64,000 nt of DNA, taken from positions 81,231 through 145,230 of the forward strand of contig JBEKXN010000004.1 in NCBI GenBank assembly GCA_049511835.1, written 5' to 3'. Under the pieces are notes generated by a model. It had not been told where the DNA came from. It did not search any database and was given only the letters and a program-made list of their open reading frames with translations. The position numbers were made by a program, and so were the translations under genes. This document shows positions 8,994-17,811 of this stretch, piece after piece. Each line of letters opens with the position of its first letter. Within the stretch, counting starts at the first letter, position 1. The DNA is from Verrucomicrobiota bacterium. Lineage in GTDB: Bacteria > Verrucomicrobiota > Verrucomicrobiia > Limisphaerales > UBA11358.

Positions 8994-10820
8994 ATGGACG
9001 TGGACATTGTCTGCGTTGGCTTTGGCCCGGCCTCGGCGGGATTCCTTACCACGCTCTCGAAGCAACTCGTCAATGCCGATGGCACACCGGCCGTCGAAAG
9101 CGCAACCTCGCCGGGCCTGCCGCCGCAGGTGCTCTGCTACGAGCGCGCCGATGACATCGGCTTCGGCGTTTCCGGGGTCGTGACGAAAGCGCGGGCTTTG
9201 CGCGCAACATTTCCCAATCTCGACCGGGCGCAGATTCCGATGACCGTGCCGGTCGGCGAAGAAAAAGTCCTTTATTTGCTCGACCCCATCGGCGCCAGCC
9301 GCCGCTCGGCCACATTGCGCGCGGCGGATGCGATGATTCGCACCTTCAAGTGGATACTGCCGGTGGAACATGACGCGTTGAATCTGCCGTGGACGCCACC
9401 ATTCCTGCACAAGCATGGCGGCTTGATCCTTTCCATGGGCCAGTTCATGCAATGGGTCGGCACACAGGTGCAAAGCACCGGCACGGTCCAAATCTGGCCC
9501 GGCACACCCGTATCGCAGGCGCTCATCGAGGCGAACAAAGTTGTCGGCGTGCACTTGCTCGACCAGGGTGTGGACAAAAAGGGGAAGCCTGCCGATGGCT
9601 TTACGCCCGGCATGGACATCCATGCCGCGCTCACGGTCGTCGCTGACGGCCCGGTCGGGCCCATCGGCCAGCAACTGGACGCTCACTTCGGCATGCCCGA
9701 TGGGCATCACACTCGTGATTGGGCGGTGGGCATGAAGTTTGTCGTGGATTTGCCTGCCGACACGCCGCTCAAACCCGGCACCGTGCTGCATACGTTCGGT
9801 TATCCGGAGCCGGAGATTTTCGGATTCTTCTACGTGCATCCTGACCGCGTCGCGTCGCTCGGCATTTTCGTGCCGTCGTGGTTCGACAGTCCGATGCGCA
9901 CGGCCTACCGCCAGCTCCAGCATTGGATGCTGCATCCGTATCTCTGGCGTTACCTCAAAGGCGGCAAGCTCCGCTCGTGGGGCGCGAAAACGCTCGGGGA
10001 ATCGGGCCGCCGCGGCGAGCCGCATCTCGTTGGCGACGGCTATGCGCGCGTCGGCGAAGGCAGCGGCAGCACAAATGTGCTCACCGGTTCCGGCGTGGAT
10101 GAAGCCTGGGCCACCGGCACACAACTCGCTGAGGCCGTGCTCGAATTGCTCAAGGCAAAGAAACCGTTCACGAAACAGAACCTTGACGAAGCCTACGTGA
10201 AACGCCGCCGCGCGAGCTGGGTGGAAAAGGAAGCGGTTGTGGCCGAGAAATCTCGGGATGGTTTTCAAAAAGGCGTGGTGAGGGGCATGATCGGCATGGC
10301 GCTGGCGGGTTTGACCAACGGCAGACTCACACTCGCCGGCGATCCCGTGCCGCCCTGGAAACGCATCCCATCCATCGAAGAATATTATCGGGGTCGTATC
10401 TCGCCGGAAGAAATCGCCAAGCTTCACGAAGAATGCCAGGCGCGGAACAGGTCACTCCACGGCGCGCTGATGGAGAAAGCCGGCTGGCCTGCGATTCCTT
10501 ACGACGGCCGGTTGCTCATGTCGCATCAGGACGCGCTACTCATGGGCGGCAAGGTGCAGGCGCCCGCCGGTTACGCCGACCACATCGTGTTTCTTGACCC
10601 GGAACTGTGCGAGAAATGCGGGGCGAAAATTTGCATCGAGGCTTGCTCCGGCCAGGCCATCACGCTGGGGAACGACGGCGTGCCGTCATTCGACCGCGAG
10701 AAATGCGTTCACTGCGGCGCGTGCATCTGGAACTGTGCGCAACCATTGCCGGACAATCCGGAACGCACCAACATTGCCTTCCGCGCCGGCACCGGCGGCC
10801 TGCACTCGGCGGAGAATTAA
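8994..10820 (+). CDS. electron-transfer flavoprotein:quinone oxidoreductase (ETF-QO, FixC/FixX-like fusion)
   Basis: DIVCVGFGPASAG is a dinucleotide-binding motif. C-terminal 4Fe-4S motifs are CEKCGAKICIEAC and CVHCGACIWNC. The tail is AGTGGLHSAEN. An alternative GTG start lies at 8955. Confidence 0.75.
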   Translation: MDVDIVCVGFGPASAGFLTTLSKQLVNADGTPAVESATSPGLPPQVLCYERADDIGFGVSGVVTKARALRATFPNLDRAQIPMTVPVGEEKVLYLLDPIGASRRSATLRAADAMIRTFKWILPVEHDALNLPWTPPFLHKHGGLILSMGQFMQWVGTQVQSTGTVQIWPGTPVSQALIEANKVVGVHLLDQGVDKKGKPADGFTPGMDIHAALTVVADGPVGPIGQQLDAHFGMPDGHHTRDWAVGMKFVVDLPADTPLKPGTVLHTFGYPEPEIFGFFYVHPDRVASLGIFVPSWFDSPMRTAYRQLQHWMLHPYLWRYLKGGKLRSWGAKTLGESGRRGEPHLVGDGYARVGEGSGSTNVLTGSGVDEAWATGTQLAEAVLELLKAKKPFTKQNLDEAYVKRRRASWVEKEAVVAEKSRDGFQKGVVRGMIGMALAGLTNGRLTLAGDPVPPWKRIPSIEEYYRGRISPEEIAKLHEECQARNRSLHGALMEKAGWPAIPYDGRLLMSHQDALLMGGKVQAPAGYADHIVFLDPELCEKCGAKICIEACSGQAITLGNDGVPSFDREKCVHCGACIWNCAQPLPDNPERTNIAFRAGTGGLHSAEN

Positions 10821-10862
10821 GGCGTGGGCCGACCTTTACCGTTGGCACGCTCGCGAGACCTA

Positions 10863-12521
10863 TTACTGCTTGCTGGCGCGGTAAAAGCGACACAGGTGGT
10901 TGCTGGTCTCCTGGTCCGTATAAAACAGCACATTAGTGGGCGCAGTGTTGGTAATTACCGGGGACCAACCCACCAGGTTCGTGGAGGCCTCAATCACCAC
11001 CGTCCCGGGTGAAGTCAGGTTCTCCAGCCAAATTTGGAAGGGACCATTGGTCAATTTGCAGTCGCTAAACATCGGCGTATAGGCGTATTTGATCGTGGCA
11101 ATGTCATAATAGCCTTCACTGCCAACCGAACCTCCCGTCACGATTACATAACCGCTTTGGTCAACCACCACGGCGGCGACCGTGTCCTCACTGTTCCCGG
11201 GCCCGTTGTAGCGGTTGGTCCAGAGCGGCACCCCCGCGCCCGAATACTTGATTGTCACGTAATCTTTATTGTAAGGAATAGGATAGTCTTGGCTGGTTGA
11301 ATACCCCGTCACCACCACGTTGTAATTGCCGTCCACCGCCACGGCGACGGCCTCGTCAGAAATGTTCAGCGGCCCGTCGTAGCGGTTGGTCCAGAGCGGC
11401 GTGCCCGCGCTCGAATACTTGATCGTCGCGTAATCTCGATTGTAAGGATAGACGTTTGTGCTGGCTGAAGACCCCGTCACGATCACGTTGTTGTTGCCGT
11501 CCACCGCCACAGCGTAGGCTTCATTGTCGTTTGCCGGTCCGTCGTAGCGGTTGGTCCAGAGCGGATACCCCCCGCTCCAATACTTGATCGTCGCGTAACT
11601 ACCCGACGAATTCCCCGTCACGATCACATTGTTGTTGCCGTCCACCGCCACGGCGCAGGCATCGTCATCGCCGTTCCCGGGTCCGTTGTAGCGGTTTATC
11701 CAGAGTGGCCACCCCCCGCTTGAATACTTGATCGTCGCGTAATCGAAATGGCCCCCCACGTCAGCCGACATCCCCGTGACGATTACGTTGTTGTCGCCAT
11801 CCACCGCCACAGCGGTAGCCATGTCAGTGCCGTTTGCCGGCCCGTTGTAGCGGTTGGTCCAGAGTGGCACCCCCGCGCTCGAATACTTGATTGTCGCGTA
11901 ATCGTGATTTCCGCTACCCCACGAATACCCCGTCACGATGACGTCGTTGTTGCCGTCCACCGCCACGGCGTAAGCCAATTCATTGCCGTTCCCCGATCCG
12001 TCGTAGCGGTTGGTCCAGATCGGCACCCCCGCGCTCGAATACTTGATTGTCACGTAATCGTCATTATTTCCGCTACCCAACGAAGTCCCCGTCACGATGA
12101 CGTCGTTGTTGCCGTCCACCGCCACGGCCTTGGCTTCATCGTCGTTTGCCGGTCCGTCGTAGCGGTTGGTCCAGATCGGCACCCCCGCGCTCGAATACTT
12201 GATTGTCACGTAATTTCCATAGTCAGGAGAGTCGTTTGGGATGGCTGAATCCCCCGTCACGCTCACGTTGTTGCTGCCGTTTCTCGACTGACTTGGAGGG
12301 GGAACGGCGAGGTCGCCTGCAAACCCTGTCACGATTACGTTGTTGCTGCCGTCCACCACCATGGCACGGGCAATAGCGCCGTTTCCCGGTTCGTGATAGC
12401 GTTGTACCCAGGCTTCAACGGCAGACTCGGCGCGCGTTGGCGTGGGAATGGACGACAGGAGTGATACCGACAACAGACACGAGGCCGTCAGCGTTAGCCC
12501 AATTCTTTCGGCAGTTTTCAT
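10863..12521 (-). CDS. SBBP (beta-propeller) repeat protein, secreted, with PVC-type C-terminal beta-sandwich domain
   Basis: Signal peptide. About 8 tandem units of Y(A/V)TIKYSSAGVPLWTNRY(D/N)GP...AVAVDGNNNVIVTG. The tail ends ...CRFYRASKQ. Confidence 0.8.
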   Translation of the reverse strand: MKTAERIGLTLTASCLLSVSLLSSIPTPTRAESAVEAWVQRYHEPGNGAIARAMVVDGSNNVIVTGFAGDLAVPPPSQSRNGSNNVSVTGDSAIPNDSPDYGNYVTIKYSSAGVPIWTNRYDGPANDDEAKAVAVDGNNDVIVTGTSLGSGNNDDYVTIKYSSAGVPIWTNRYDGSGNGNELAYAVAVDGNNDVIVTGYSWGSGNHDYATIKYSSAGVPLWTNRYNGPANGTDMATAVAVDGDNNVIVTGMSADVGGHFDYATIKYSSGGWPLWINRYNGPGNGDDDACAVAVDGNNNVIVTGNSSGSYATIKYWSGGYPLWTNRYDGPANDNEAYAVAVDGNNNVIVTGSSASTNVYPYNRDYATIKYSSAGTPLWTNRYDGPLNISDEAVAVAVDGNYNVVVTGYSTSQDYPIPYNKDYVTIKYSGAGVPLWTNRYNGPGNSEDTVAAVVVDQSGYVIVTGGSVGSEGYYDIATIKYAYTPMFSDCKLTNGPFQIWLENLTSPGTVVIEASTNLVGWSPVITNTAPTNVLFYTDQETSNHLCRFYRASKQ

Positions 12522-12729
12522 ATCATTGGCTTTCCAATGAGTCTTATGGCTTTTAGCGGCATCATTCCATTAAGTCAAGGAATAATTGCGTGTGATGGTC
12601 GGAAACGCGCACTCCCGTCACAGTGTTTTCGAGGCGGACGGCCGGGTAATTTGTCGCGACTTTGAAACGCGGGGCATCCTGAAATCGCTTTTCGCATTTG
12701 TACCGCCCAATTACTCTTCTGGAGAACTG

Positions 12730-12828
12730 ATGAACATTTCCATCATTCTCGCCCACGTGAATCCGGGCGGTTTCAATCATGCCATCGCCAACAGGGCGGC
12801 GGAAACGGCGCACTCGGCGGAGAATTGA
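12730..12828 (+). pseudogene. 5' fragment of a flavodoxin-like NAD(P)H dehydrogenase paralogue (copy of 28964..) fused to an ETF-QO-like tail
   Basis: MNISIILAHVNPGGFNHAIAN matches MNISIILAHPNPGSFNHAIAN at 28964. It then reads ...AHSAEN-stop, using the 17-nt gcactcggcggagaatt that also ends the ETF-QO gene. Confidence 0.7.
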
Positions 12829-12845
12829 ACAACCACGGTTAAGCG

Positions 12846-15530
12846 TCACGTTGTTTGCGGGATTTCAGCATGGTCTTCGGCCAGACGTTTGAGGACGCTT
12901 ACGCGGCCGCGGTTTCCATCCACCTGCACCAGGTCGCCCGTGTGAATGACCCGCGTGGCCGAAGCCACGTTGGTCACCGCCGGAAGACCGTATTCGCGCG
13001 CGACGATGCTGCCGTGCGAGAGAATCCCGCCTTGTTCCATGACCACGCCGGCGGCAGTGATGAAATACGGCGACCACGCCGGATCGGTGAACGGGGCGAT
13101 GAGAATTTCGCCGGGGAGAACCTGCTGGTGCTCATCCGTGCGCAAAATCACGCGGGCGGGGCCGGTGACAATGCCGGGAGAAACCGGAATGCCTTCCAGA
13201 AGTTTCGCGCCGACGTTCGCCACCGGCCAGCCGGGCGCGTTTGGATCGAATCTTCCGATCACAACCGGCGGCGGGGTGAGCTTCAGGTTCTTTTCGTATT
13301 CCCGCCGGCGCAATTCGATGCGTTCGCGCCAATCGAACGAAGCGCTGCCCATCGCGACCGGTTCAATCTCGGAAATTTCCAGGAAGAAAATGTCATCGCG
13401 GCCGGACAAGCTGCCCTGCTCGTGGAGCCGCTGGCCGAGGGCCAGGAGAACGCGGCGCACGAAGGCAATCCGCCGGACGCCGAGGTTCTTCAAATGCTCC
13501 CGGAAGACGGCCAGTTCCTGCGCGCGGCGCAGCGAGCGCGAGAATATCCAGCGTTTGATTGGATTCTTCAGCCGCGCGCGGCATTGGACGGTCAAGCGTT
13601 CCCGTTCGTCCGCCAGCCGCCGTTGATTTTCCAGCGGGTTGGACTGGCCCAGCGAGCGAAGATAGCCGCGCACCAACCCCAGGATATAATCGGGGGTCTC
13701 GCTCCAACGGGCGTTGGACAGCTCCAGTTCGCCGCGGCAATGATGTCCGTGCTCGGCCATGAAGGCATCCCAGACGGCCAGGAATTTCCGGCCGTGTTCG
13801 GTGCAGCCAAGCCTGGCGCGGACCTCCGGCCAATTGTTTTCGGAAGACACAACGCCCTCTGTGTCGCTGTCGGCGTGGGCAAGTGCCGCCAGTCGCCAAA
13901 GAGCCAGGCCAGCTTCCGCGACCGGCAGGCCGCCCAACGCGGCAAACAAGCGCAGCGACACGCCGGGTTCGCCCAGCCAATTGCGGCAAACTTTCTGAAA
14001 CACCGGAAGCACCCCCGCCTGCACCGCCAGGTAGAGAACATCCGCGTCCTTGAAAACTTCCCGTACGTACTGACCGCAAAGCCGGGTCAGCTCCGGCGTG
14101 GACAGGGCTTCGAGGTCCAGGCGGTCGAGTTCGTCCGTTTGTTTCTTAAAGCGGGCCAGCCAGGCCCAGCCACGCCGGCGGGACGAGTGGGTGATGAGGT
14201 CGTAAGCGATGCGGGGCCAGGAGAGGATGTATTTCGGCCAGCGGAAACCCAGATCCGGAAGATCCTCCGGCGGGATGGACAACGGGGTCTGGTGGTAGGA
14301 CTCCACCAGGTCGCCTCCCAGTGTTCGGGTAAATTCAGGAAACCCCTTCCGCAGGAAAGCGAATGGTTTGACGGCGGCCACAAACGTGTTGGCGTTGAAG
14401 TAGAGCCGGCCGGCGACAAGATCCCCGACCAGCGAAACGCGCCGGATATCCGCGCCCACCAGACGAAAGATGGAACCGACCACCGTCAGCAAGGATTGCA
14501 GCATGGACCACGTCATCGGCGTCACCACGTCCGGCATCGCTTCACCCGTGTTGACGTTGGTCCAGATTTGCCGGTCCTCCCATGTTTTGACCGGAGCTTT
14601 GGTTGTGATCGGACGGGACTGCAACAGGAACAGTTTGCCATCCCACTGCGCCCACTCGATGTCCTGCGGCGAACCAAAGAGGCGTTCGGTCTGACGAGCC
14701 AGGTCGCACAGGTTTTTGAGAGTTGCGGACGAAAGCAACTCATTTTCGGGCGAAGCCAGCACGCGCCCCGTTCGCTTTTCAACCACCATCCGTTCGGGCT
14801 GAACTGTTCCCTGCACCAGTCCTTCGCCCAAACCGCTCACGCACTCCACGACGAACCGGTCCGTTGCTCCCGTCAGCGGATCGGCGGTGAACGCGACTCC
14901 GGCGTGGCCGGCCTCCACCATTTCCTGCACCACCACTGCCATCCTGGCCTTCTCCGCCGGCACCCGCTGCTTCGCCAGGTAAACGAGCGCCCGCTCGGAG
15001 AAAAGCGACAGCCAGCACGTCTTGATGGCAGCCAACAACGCGTCCTCTCCGCGCACATTCAGAATGGATTCAAACTGACCGGCAAAAGACATTCCGGCTG
15101 CGTCCTCGACGGTCGCGCTGGAACGCACGGCAAAGCTCCGTTCTTCACCCAGTTCCCGCCACGCGGACAGCACTGCATCCTTCACCATTTCCGGCACGGG
15201 AACCTCCGCCAGACAGAAGCGGACTTCCCGGCTCAGTTCAGCAATTTGCCCAAGTTCCTTGCCGGAACATTGCGCCAGCAGATGGGATAAATCAGTGCGC
15301 CTCGGACACGAAGCCAGGAAGAGATCGAACGCCGTCGTCGTGACACAAAAACCGCACGGCACCGGCTGACCCGCCGCGATCAATTTGCCCAGGTTAAACG
15401 CCTTGCCGCCCACCAGCGACCGGTGGTTGTCGCCAGTTTCCGCCAAGCGAAGCACGAACACAGCGGTTTTGTCTGTTGCCGCCAGCACCGCCATGCTCCC
15501 CTCAGAATGGGTTGAAGATATCTTTTTCAT
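12846..15530 (-). CDS. PEP-utilising phosphotransferase, three-domain PpsA/rifampicin-phosphotransferase-like architecture
   Basis: N-terminal ATP-grasp motif GGKAFNLGKLIAAGQPVPCGFCVTT. Long central domain. C-terminal swivel-His domain ...GGILSHGSIVAREYGLPAV. The start MKKISS at 15530 overlaps the upstream stop (ATGA). Confidence 0.75.
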   Translation of the reverse strand: MKKISSTHSEGSMAVLAATDKTAVFVLRLAETGDNHRSLVGGKAFNLGKLIAAGQPVPCGFCVTTTAFDLFLASCPRRTDLSHLLAQCSGKELGQIAELSREVRFCLAEVPVPEMVKDAVLSAWRELGEERSFAVRSSATVEDAAGMSFAGQFESILNVRGEDALLAAIKTCWLSLFSERALVYLAKQRVPAEKARMAVVVQEMVEAGHAGVAFTADPLTGATDRFVVECVSGLGEGLVQGTVQPERMVVEKRTGRVLASPENELLSSATLKNLCDLARQTERLFGSPQDIEWAQWDGKLFLLQSRPITTKAPVKTWEDRQIWTNVNTGEAMPDVVTPMTWSMLQSLLTVVGSIFRLVGADIRRVSLVGDLVAGRLYFNANTFVAAVKPFAFLRKGFPEFTRTLGGDLVESYHQTPLSIPPEDLPDLGFRWPKYILSWPRIAYDLITHSSRRRGWAWLARFKKQTDELDRLDLEALSTPELTRLCGQYVREVFKDADVLYLAVQAGVLPVFQKVCRNWLGEPGVSLRLFAALGGLPVAEAGLALWRLAALAHADSDTEGVVSSENNWPEVRARLGCTEHGRKFLAVWDAFMAEHGHHCRGELELSNARWSETPDYILGLVRGYLRSLGQSNPLENQRRLADERERLTVQCRARLKNPIKRWIFSRSLRRAQELAVFREHLKNLGVRRIAFVRRVLLALGQRLHEQGSLSGRDDIFFLEISEIEPVAMGSASFDWRERIELRRREYEKNLKLTPPPVVIGRFDPNAPGWPVANVGAKLLEGIPVSPGIVTGPARVILRTDEHQQVLPGEILIAPFTDPAWSPYFITAAGVVMEQGGILSHGSIVAREYGLPAVTNVASATRVIHTGDLVQVDGNRGRVSVLKRLAEDHAEIPQTT

Positions 15531-17695
15531 TTCACGGGCTGGAAGTCTTTGTGGCCCGTCTGCCACAGGAGGAATGCGTACTGGTCCGCGAAATTCTTGA
15601 AGGTGACAACCTTCTCCTCCGTGAAGTGGCCGTTGTCGTAGTTCACCTTCATCAGGACGGGCTTTCCCGAGGCCGTTGCCGCCTGCAAGGCAGCCACGAA
15701 CTTGCCAGGTTGCCAGGCTGGGCATCGGGGATCGTTCCAGCCACCCACACCCATAACCGCAGGGTAATTTACACCCTTCTGGACGTGCTGGACTCCGTCC
15801 ATCTCGAACAGAGCCTGGCACTCAACGGGATCTTTCACTGTGCCAAATTCCGGCGTGTCGCCCGCACCAAAGGGCCGGAACTCATGACGCATCGCATTCG
15901 CGACCCCGACATTGCAAACTGCGGCAGCAAATAAATCCGGGCGTTCCGTGATAGCACGGCAGATCAGGATTCCGCCAGCACTGGTGCCAGTAACTGCGAG
16001 CTTCCGGGGACTGGTATATCCCTTTTTCACAAGGTACTCCGCGCAGGAAATGAAGTCCTTCCATGTGTTCGGTTTGGTAGTCTTGTAGCCGGCTTTGTAC
16101 CAAGCCCCGCCCTTTTCGCCGCCGCCCCTTACGTGCGCAAAAGCAAACACCACACCTCGGGCTGCCAGTAAGTTAACGCGAATGTTGAAGTAGGGGGTAT
16201 AACTAAACCCGTAAGCGCCATAGCCAGTAAGGATGCAGCTGTTTGACCCATCCAACGGAATACCCTTCTTGTAAATGATGGAGAGCGGAATCATTGTGCC
16301 ATCGTGCCCGGGCACTTCAACTTCTTTGGAGACTAGGTTCTCGAAGCCTGGATACGACATGTCCGTGTTGAAAATGCTCTTCGCGAAGGTGTCCTTCTGC
16401 GCATCAAAATCATAGATCGTCAGGGGTGAAGTCCAGGAGGTGATATACACCAGACAACGATCCGTTTTCCAATCCGGACAACTGACGTCCACGGTCCCGG
16501 ACGCCGGAAGTTTGATTTCTGCGATCTTGCCGGTGGTTAGGTCGTATTTGATGAGACGGCCTACAATCCCATCTGAATAAACGACGAGGAGATAGTGCTT
16601 GCTCTTGGTAATGGATTGGATGGAGTCAGCCCCCTCGGGAATCACGGTCTCGGCGTGTTCCCAGTCAGGGTGCTTCACGCTCGTCCGAACAACCTTATAC
16701 TTTGGCGCACCTGCATGGGTGACGGCGTAAACGTAATCCCCGTAGAATTCAAACCCTCGATATTCAGACCCTCGATACACCAGATTATCTGAGGGTTTAC
16801 ACAGGACATCCCATTTGATTTTCTTGTGCTTCAGTTCGGAGGTGGGAGCATAGAAAATCCGCATCTCCCACTGCGAGGTCTCCACTCTCCCGATGATGTA
16901 GTCAGGGTAGGATTCATCAATGAAAGCAACGGGCCTCTCCTTTGCCGTGATCCCCAGTTCAGGGTTGCTCTCATCGCTGAAGATATCTCTGTCCATGGCA
17001 GTTTCGGTGCCAAGTTTATGCACTTTGGTTTTGCGGTTCAGTAGGACATCGGGGCTCTTGATGTCAGCGACCTTGCCGAAGTCATAGAAAAACGACTTGC
17101 TGTCCTTCGTCCACCCCAAGGCTGCAAAGGAGGGATAAATACGTTCGGGCAACAGCGTTCCCCGTTCCACGTCCAAAACACGGATTTCTGAATACTCAGC
17201 GCCACCCGAGGAAAACCCCATGGCGACGTATTTCCCGTCCCACGAGGGGAGGAAGGAATGGATGGTTGTTGTCACACCAGCCTTGTATGTAGCTGGATCG
17301 AAGAGCAGTTTTTCAGCACCATCCCATCCCTCGCGGAAGTAGAGCTTGCCCACGTTTTCGCCACCCAAAGTCTTCTTGTAAAAGACCCGGCCATTTTCAC
17401 ACATGATTGTCGAGTAAACCACAGGTTCGAGCTTGTCCAACGCCATCCATTCCTTCGCGAGGGCATCCCTGCCGGGAATCTTCGCCAGCAGGTCGTCGGT
17501 CAATTCCGCCTGAGCCTTGAACCAGGCTTCGACCTCCTTGTCTTTTAGGTCCTCCAACCAGCGGTAAGGATCGTTGTAAGTCTTCCCAAAGTAGGTGTCG
17601 GATGCATCGACGGTTTTTGTCGGCGGATAGTTCCACTGGGCAAAGCATGGCATGGCAGCCAAGACTGGGAGGACGAGGAAAAGAAATCTTTTCAT
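15527..17695 (-). CDS. prolyl oligopeptidase (S9A), secreted
   Basis: Signal peptide MKRFLFLVLPVLAAMPCFA. YFGKTYNDPYRWLED. GTSAGGIL is the GxSxG nucleophile motif. Confidence 0.85.
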   Translation of the reverse strand: MKRFLFLVLPVLAAMPCFAQWNYPPTKTVDASDTYFGKTYNDPYRWLEDLKDKEVEAWFKAQAELTDDLLAKIPGRDALAKEWMALDKLEPVVYSTIMCENGRVFYKKTLGGENVGKLYFREGWDGAEKLLFDPATYKAGVTTTIHSFLPSWDGKYVAMGFSSGGAEYSEIRVLDVERGTLLPERIYPSFAALGWTKDSKSFFYDFGKVADIKSPDVLLNRKTKVHKLGTETAMDRDIFSDESNPELGITAKERPVAFIDESYPDYIIGRVETSQWEMRIFYAPTSELKHKKIKWDVLCKPSDNLVYRGSEYRGFEFYGDYVYAVTHAGAPKYKVVRTSVKHPDWEHAETVIPEGADSIQSITKSKHYLLVVYSDGIVGRLIKYDLTTGKIAEIKLPASGTVDVSCPDWKTDRCLVYITSWTSPLTIYDFDAQKDTFAKSIFNTDMSYPGFENLVSKEVEVPGHDGTMIPLSIIYKKGIPLDGSNSCILTGYGAYGFSYTPYFNIRVNLLAARGVVFAFAHVRGGGEKGGAWYKAGYKTTKPNTWKDFISCAEYLVKKGYTSPRKLAVTGTSAGGILICRAITERPDLFAAAVCNVGVANAMRHEFRPFGAGDTPEFGTVKDPVECQALFEMDGVQHVQKGVNYPAVMGVGGWNDPRCPAWQPGKFVAALQAATASGKPVLMKVNYDNGHFTEEKVVTFKNFADQYAFLLWQTGHKDFQPVK

Positions 17696-17811
17696 AATGG
17701 GAAGCTCCAATGAATTATTGATCGGAATGTGCTTTTAATGTTCCGCGAACATGGGTGATTCGGTCTGGTTAACAGGAAGGTAAAACAAATGATGCGGATG
17801 GTAGTTTTCAT
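17692..17811 (-). pseudogene. 39-codon remnant of a fourth hydrolase paralogue (signal-peptide stub), bridging two cistrons
   Basis: MKTTIRIICFTFLL matches the paralogue N-termini MKTAIRAICFTLLL and MTTAIRVLCFMILL, then diverges. ATGA overlaps at both ends. Confidence 0.5.

Noticed and set aside
15531-15821. 97-codon N-terminal extension of the PEP-utilising enzyme ORF.
   Set aside because: The extension overlaps the 3' end of the prolyl oligopeptidase gene and is Arg/Gly-rich. The ATG at 15530 gives an ATGA overlap and a sensible N-terminus.
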